Source: Eledone cirrhosa
Lineage: Eukaryota
DNA length: 64,000 nucleotides
Direction: 5' to 3'
Assembly: GCA_964016885.1 (NCBI GenBank)
Contig: OZ024751.1
Span: 18,848,001-18,912,000 of the forward strand
Below the pieces are notes generated by a model. It saw only the letters and a program-made list of their open reading frames with translations. It was not told the DNA's origin and searched no databases. Position 1 is the stretch's first letter; every line of letters begins with the position of its first letter. The translations under genes were made by a program, and so were the position numbers. Below are positions 60,896-64,000 of the stretch, in pieces.

Positions 60896-60953
<58 letters not shown>

Positions 60954-61041
60954 ATCTCTCTCTCTTTCTCTATTTATCTATCTATCTATCTATCTCTCCC
61001 TCCCTTCCTCTCTCTTTCTTTATCTCTCTTTCTTTCTCTCC

Positions 61042-61111
<70 letters not shown>

Positions 61112-61267
61112 CCTCAATTATTCCATCCAGGATTTACTGTTCGTATCCTTTTTTTTTGTTATAAATATATTTTTATTATTGATATATATCTCTCTCTCTT
61201 CTCCTCTCTTTCTTCCTCTCTCTATATCCCCCCTCTCACACACACACATTCTCACTCTTTATTCAGT

Positions 61268-61306
<39 letters not shown>

Positions 61307-61673
61307 CTATCTATCAGCCTGTCTATCTATCACCCTGTCTATCTATCACCCTATCTATTACCCTATCTATCTATCACCCTGTCTATCTATCACCCTATCT
61401 ATCTATTACCCTATCTATCTATCACCCTGTCTATCTATCACCCTATCTATCTATCGGCCCACCCTTGACAGCAGTTGTTCGACATCGCCCCACAGCTCGG
61501 CAATGCCTGAGCAGACACCCCCACCCCACCAAACATCTCCGTCCCCACCCCGCCGGAAACCACCACACACCCAGACAACCCCTCTAACACCCTCATGGAA
61601 ACCGTGCGGCCTGATCCCCGGGAGACGAAGCGGTGAGTGTTTTCTTCTCCTCTTTTAACTTTTCAGAACCAAC

Positions 61674-61988
61674 ATGGCCAATATAAGAGTTGGACGTGTG
61701 AATGTACGCGGCCTGGGGATGCCCTGGAAACAGGGCAAACTCTTAAACGACCTCAGGTCGAACAGTATGGATGTAGTAGCCATTTGCGAGTCCAGGATCC
61801 ACAGCGAGCGACAGCTGGCCCCCATCTTCGATGACTTTGAGATCTACGCATCTCTCTGTCGGCCGGTGGGTGGGGGAGGGGTTGCCGTTTTGCTGCGGAA
61901 ACACCTGGGCCTCGTAACACAGACGGTACATCTGGACCCGGAGGGTCGACTGGTGATACTAGACGTTGACGGTAGTGAAGGTGGAGCA
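61674..61988 (+). pseudogene. N-terminal APE endonuclease fragment of L1/Tx1-clade LINE ORF2
   Basis: MANIRVGRVNVRGL...DVVAICESR...GGGVAVLLRK...DPEGRLVILDV; GC-rich upstream element sequence from ~61457; truncated before the hAT MITE. Confidence 0.85.
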
Positions 61989-62013
61989 GATAACCAGAAC
62001 GAATACTCTAATG

Positions 62014-62614
62014 CAGAGGTCCCCAAAGTGGGCACTGCGTCCGAAAGGGGCGGTAGAGATAATATAATAGTATATTAAATATCAAATAATACATATTATA
62101 TATAAATATAGTAAAATTAAAAAATAATATATTTATTTATATATACTAATATATACTATATAATACATAATTTCGTTTCTGAATTTGTTTAGCAAGATTC
62201 TTTATTTGAAAACGTGTGTTGAAACCGATATTGTTATACTTTGGGAGGGTCATGTTGCCAATAAGAAACACACGCACCAGTTGCTTTCACTTCAATTTAT
62301 TATAATAAATTTATAAATTTAGGAAGTTATAAATATCCGGTTGGTTGGTTCCACAACCAGATGGTTGTTTATATATTGTCAAAGTTCTTTCGTCACACAT
62401 TCTGTGACCTTTTCAGTGACTGGGGATTCTTTTCTTTGTTTTTGTGCCTCTCCTTTGTTCTGTCCTATGCCATCTTGTTTCTGTGTGTTATATATAAATT
62501 AAGAATTTTATTTATTATATATTATTTAAAATTTGCAGGTCTCTCTGAAAACAGGGTTCCGAGGGTACAACGTGGCCATAAGTGGGGGTGTCCCAAATCG
62601 TTTGAGAACCTTTG
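62014..62614. mobile_element. hAT MITE (same family as 57870) containing a family B element at 62171-62475 (-)
   Basis: TIRs cagaggtccccaaa / tttgagaacctttg; degenerate TSD ctctaatg/ctttaaag; shared internal atataatagtatattaaatatcaaat. Confidence 0.8.
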
Positions 62615-62622
62615 CTTTAAAG

Positions 62623-62842
62623 CAGGCACGTCAAACTGAGAGTCCCTCGAGGGCCGCATGGGTCACATGTGTGTTGTCTGAGGGCCACACATGACAACTA
62701 GTTGTGCACATTACAATTAATTTTTTTTTTTATTTTATATTACGAAGATAAAACATTCGCACTGTAAAAGCATTTGTGCGGGCCGCAGGTGTACTTGTAA
62801 AGGCCTCTATGCGGCCCGCGGGCCGTATGTTTGACATGCCTG
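62623..62842. mobile_element. hAT/Charlie-type MITE
   Basis: TIRs caggcacgtcaaac / gtttgacatgcctg; gcggcccgcgggccg subterminal motif. Confidence 0.8.
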
Positions 62843-63593
62843 ATGTTCAAACGACTCTGTCAATTTGCCGCCTCAATAGTATCAGCGTACAGGTATGAAA
62901 AATAGCTTAATGTGGCAAACCTGATATGATATTACGAAATATCTCTGTGCTTGTGTCTATACATGAATCAAACCATAAGCCTATTGACCCATATGTTGAC
63001 ATATTATACAAGGTCAGCTAACATGGCGTCTATTTAACACATCATTGGATTCTTGTTTATTGTCTGAATACACGGTAATGTCCCTTTATTGTTAGTGTCA
63101 CAGTGAAGAATGTTTTCTTTTTTTCTCTTCTTACTTACACTCAAGCGCACGCACATACATATTCACACACACACACATATATATACACATATAATCATAC
63201 ACATACTTAACCGTTTTGACATATATAGAATTCACCGGATTCACACATAGTTAGACACAGAAATATAGTAATCGTATACACACACACAACTACTCTCGCC
63301 CACCTCCCACCCCCCCAAAAAATAGAACGCACACGCACATACATATTTTTTTATGTATACCCACACACTCACATGCACGTATATATATATATATATATAC
63401 ATACCAGTTGTCCCCAAAACATGTATACACACTTCAGCACCATTCTAATCAAAGTGTGGATATATTTTGGAGGAACACCCTGTATATATATATATATAAC
63501 ATATATATATATAAATGTGTGTATGTATGTATACACACGTACGCACACTAAACAAGAAGAAAAAAGAATGATCCCCACACACACACCAAAAAC

Positions 63594-63678
<85 letters not shown>

Positions 63679-64000
63679 CACGTGAAAAGAACATCTGGTG
63701 TAAATATTTCCTCTATTTCAAAATCTTTCTTCTGAAGCAGGAGATAATCTCTCCGTTGTTAATCCCCCCCCCCGAGGGGTAACAACGGTTTAGCAACGGA
63801 AGAATCATATATATATTTTAGTTTGTTGTTGTTATTGTTTTTGTCGTTGTTATTCTTCAGTTCTTATCCCCATCCCACTCCTATATTGATGCTCCACCCC
63901 CTCTCTCGCTCACATACACACAGACTCCGCCATCTTCTCTATCACATACGTCTCTAACATTTTATTCTATTTCAGTGTTGTTGTCGTTGTATTTTTTCCC

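Noticed and set aside
61989-62078. C-terminal part of the 134-aa ORF as LINE protein
   Set aside because: Read-through into unrelated sequence and the hAT MITE

Overview
Non-coding, extremely microsatellite-rich animal DNA. The tRNA-headed Deu/Nin-core SINE and the (TA)n/(CA)n/(GA)n density suggest a coleoid cephalopod such as octopus (inference). No host gene can be supported, and almost every listed ORF is a translated simple repeat. Conventional content: many SINE copies, 3' fragments of RTE and CR1-like LINEs, an L1/Tx1 endonuclease fragment, Tc1/mariner, pogo and hAT MITEs, a nested foldback element and a ~5 kb minisatellite. The main result is that the short unique islands between (TA)n tracts belong to at least ten sequence-unrelated families of small elements. 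They are often arranged as asymmetric inverted repeats (short arm plus long arm with a tail) and carry minimal type I hammerhead ribozyme motifs: about 20 intact or near-intact motifs read by eye, most with a short palindromic stem III. Three families show the compensatory U3-A8 core (UUGANAA). This fits non-autonomous Penelope-like/retrozyme-like elements that insert into TA microsatellites, and several inversion junctions sit at ribozyme landmarks. All folds were derived by eye and are untested.
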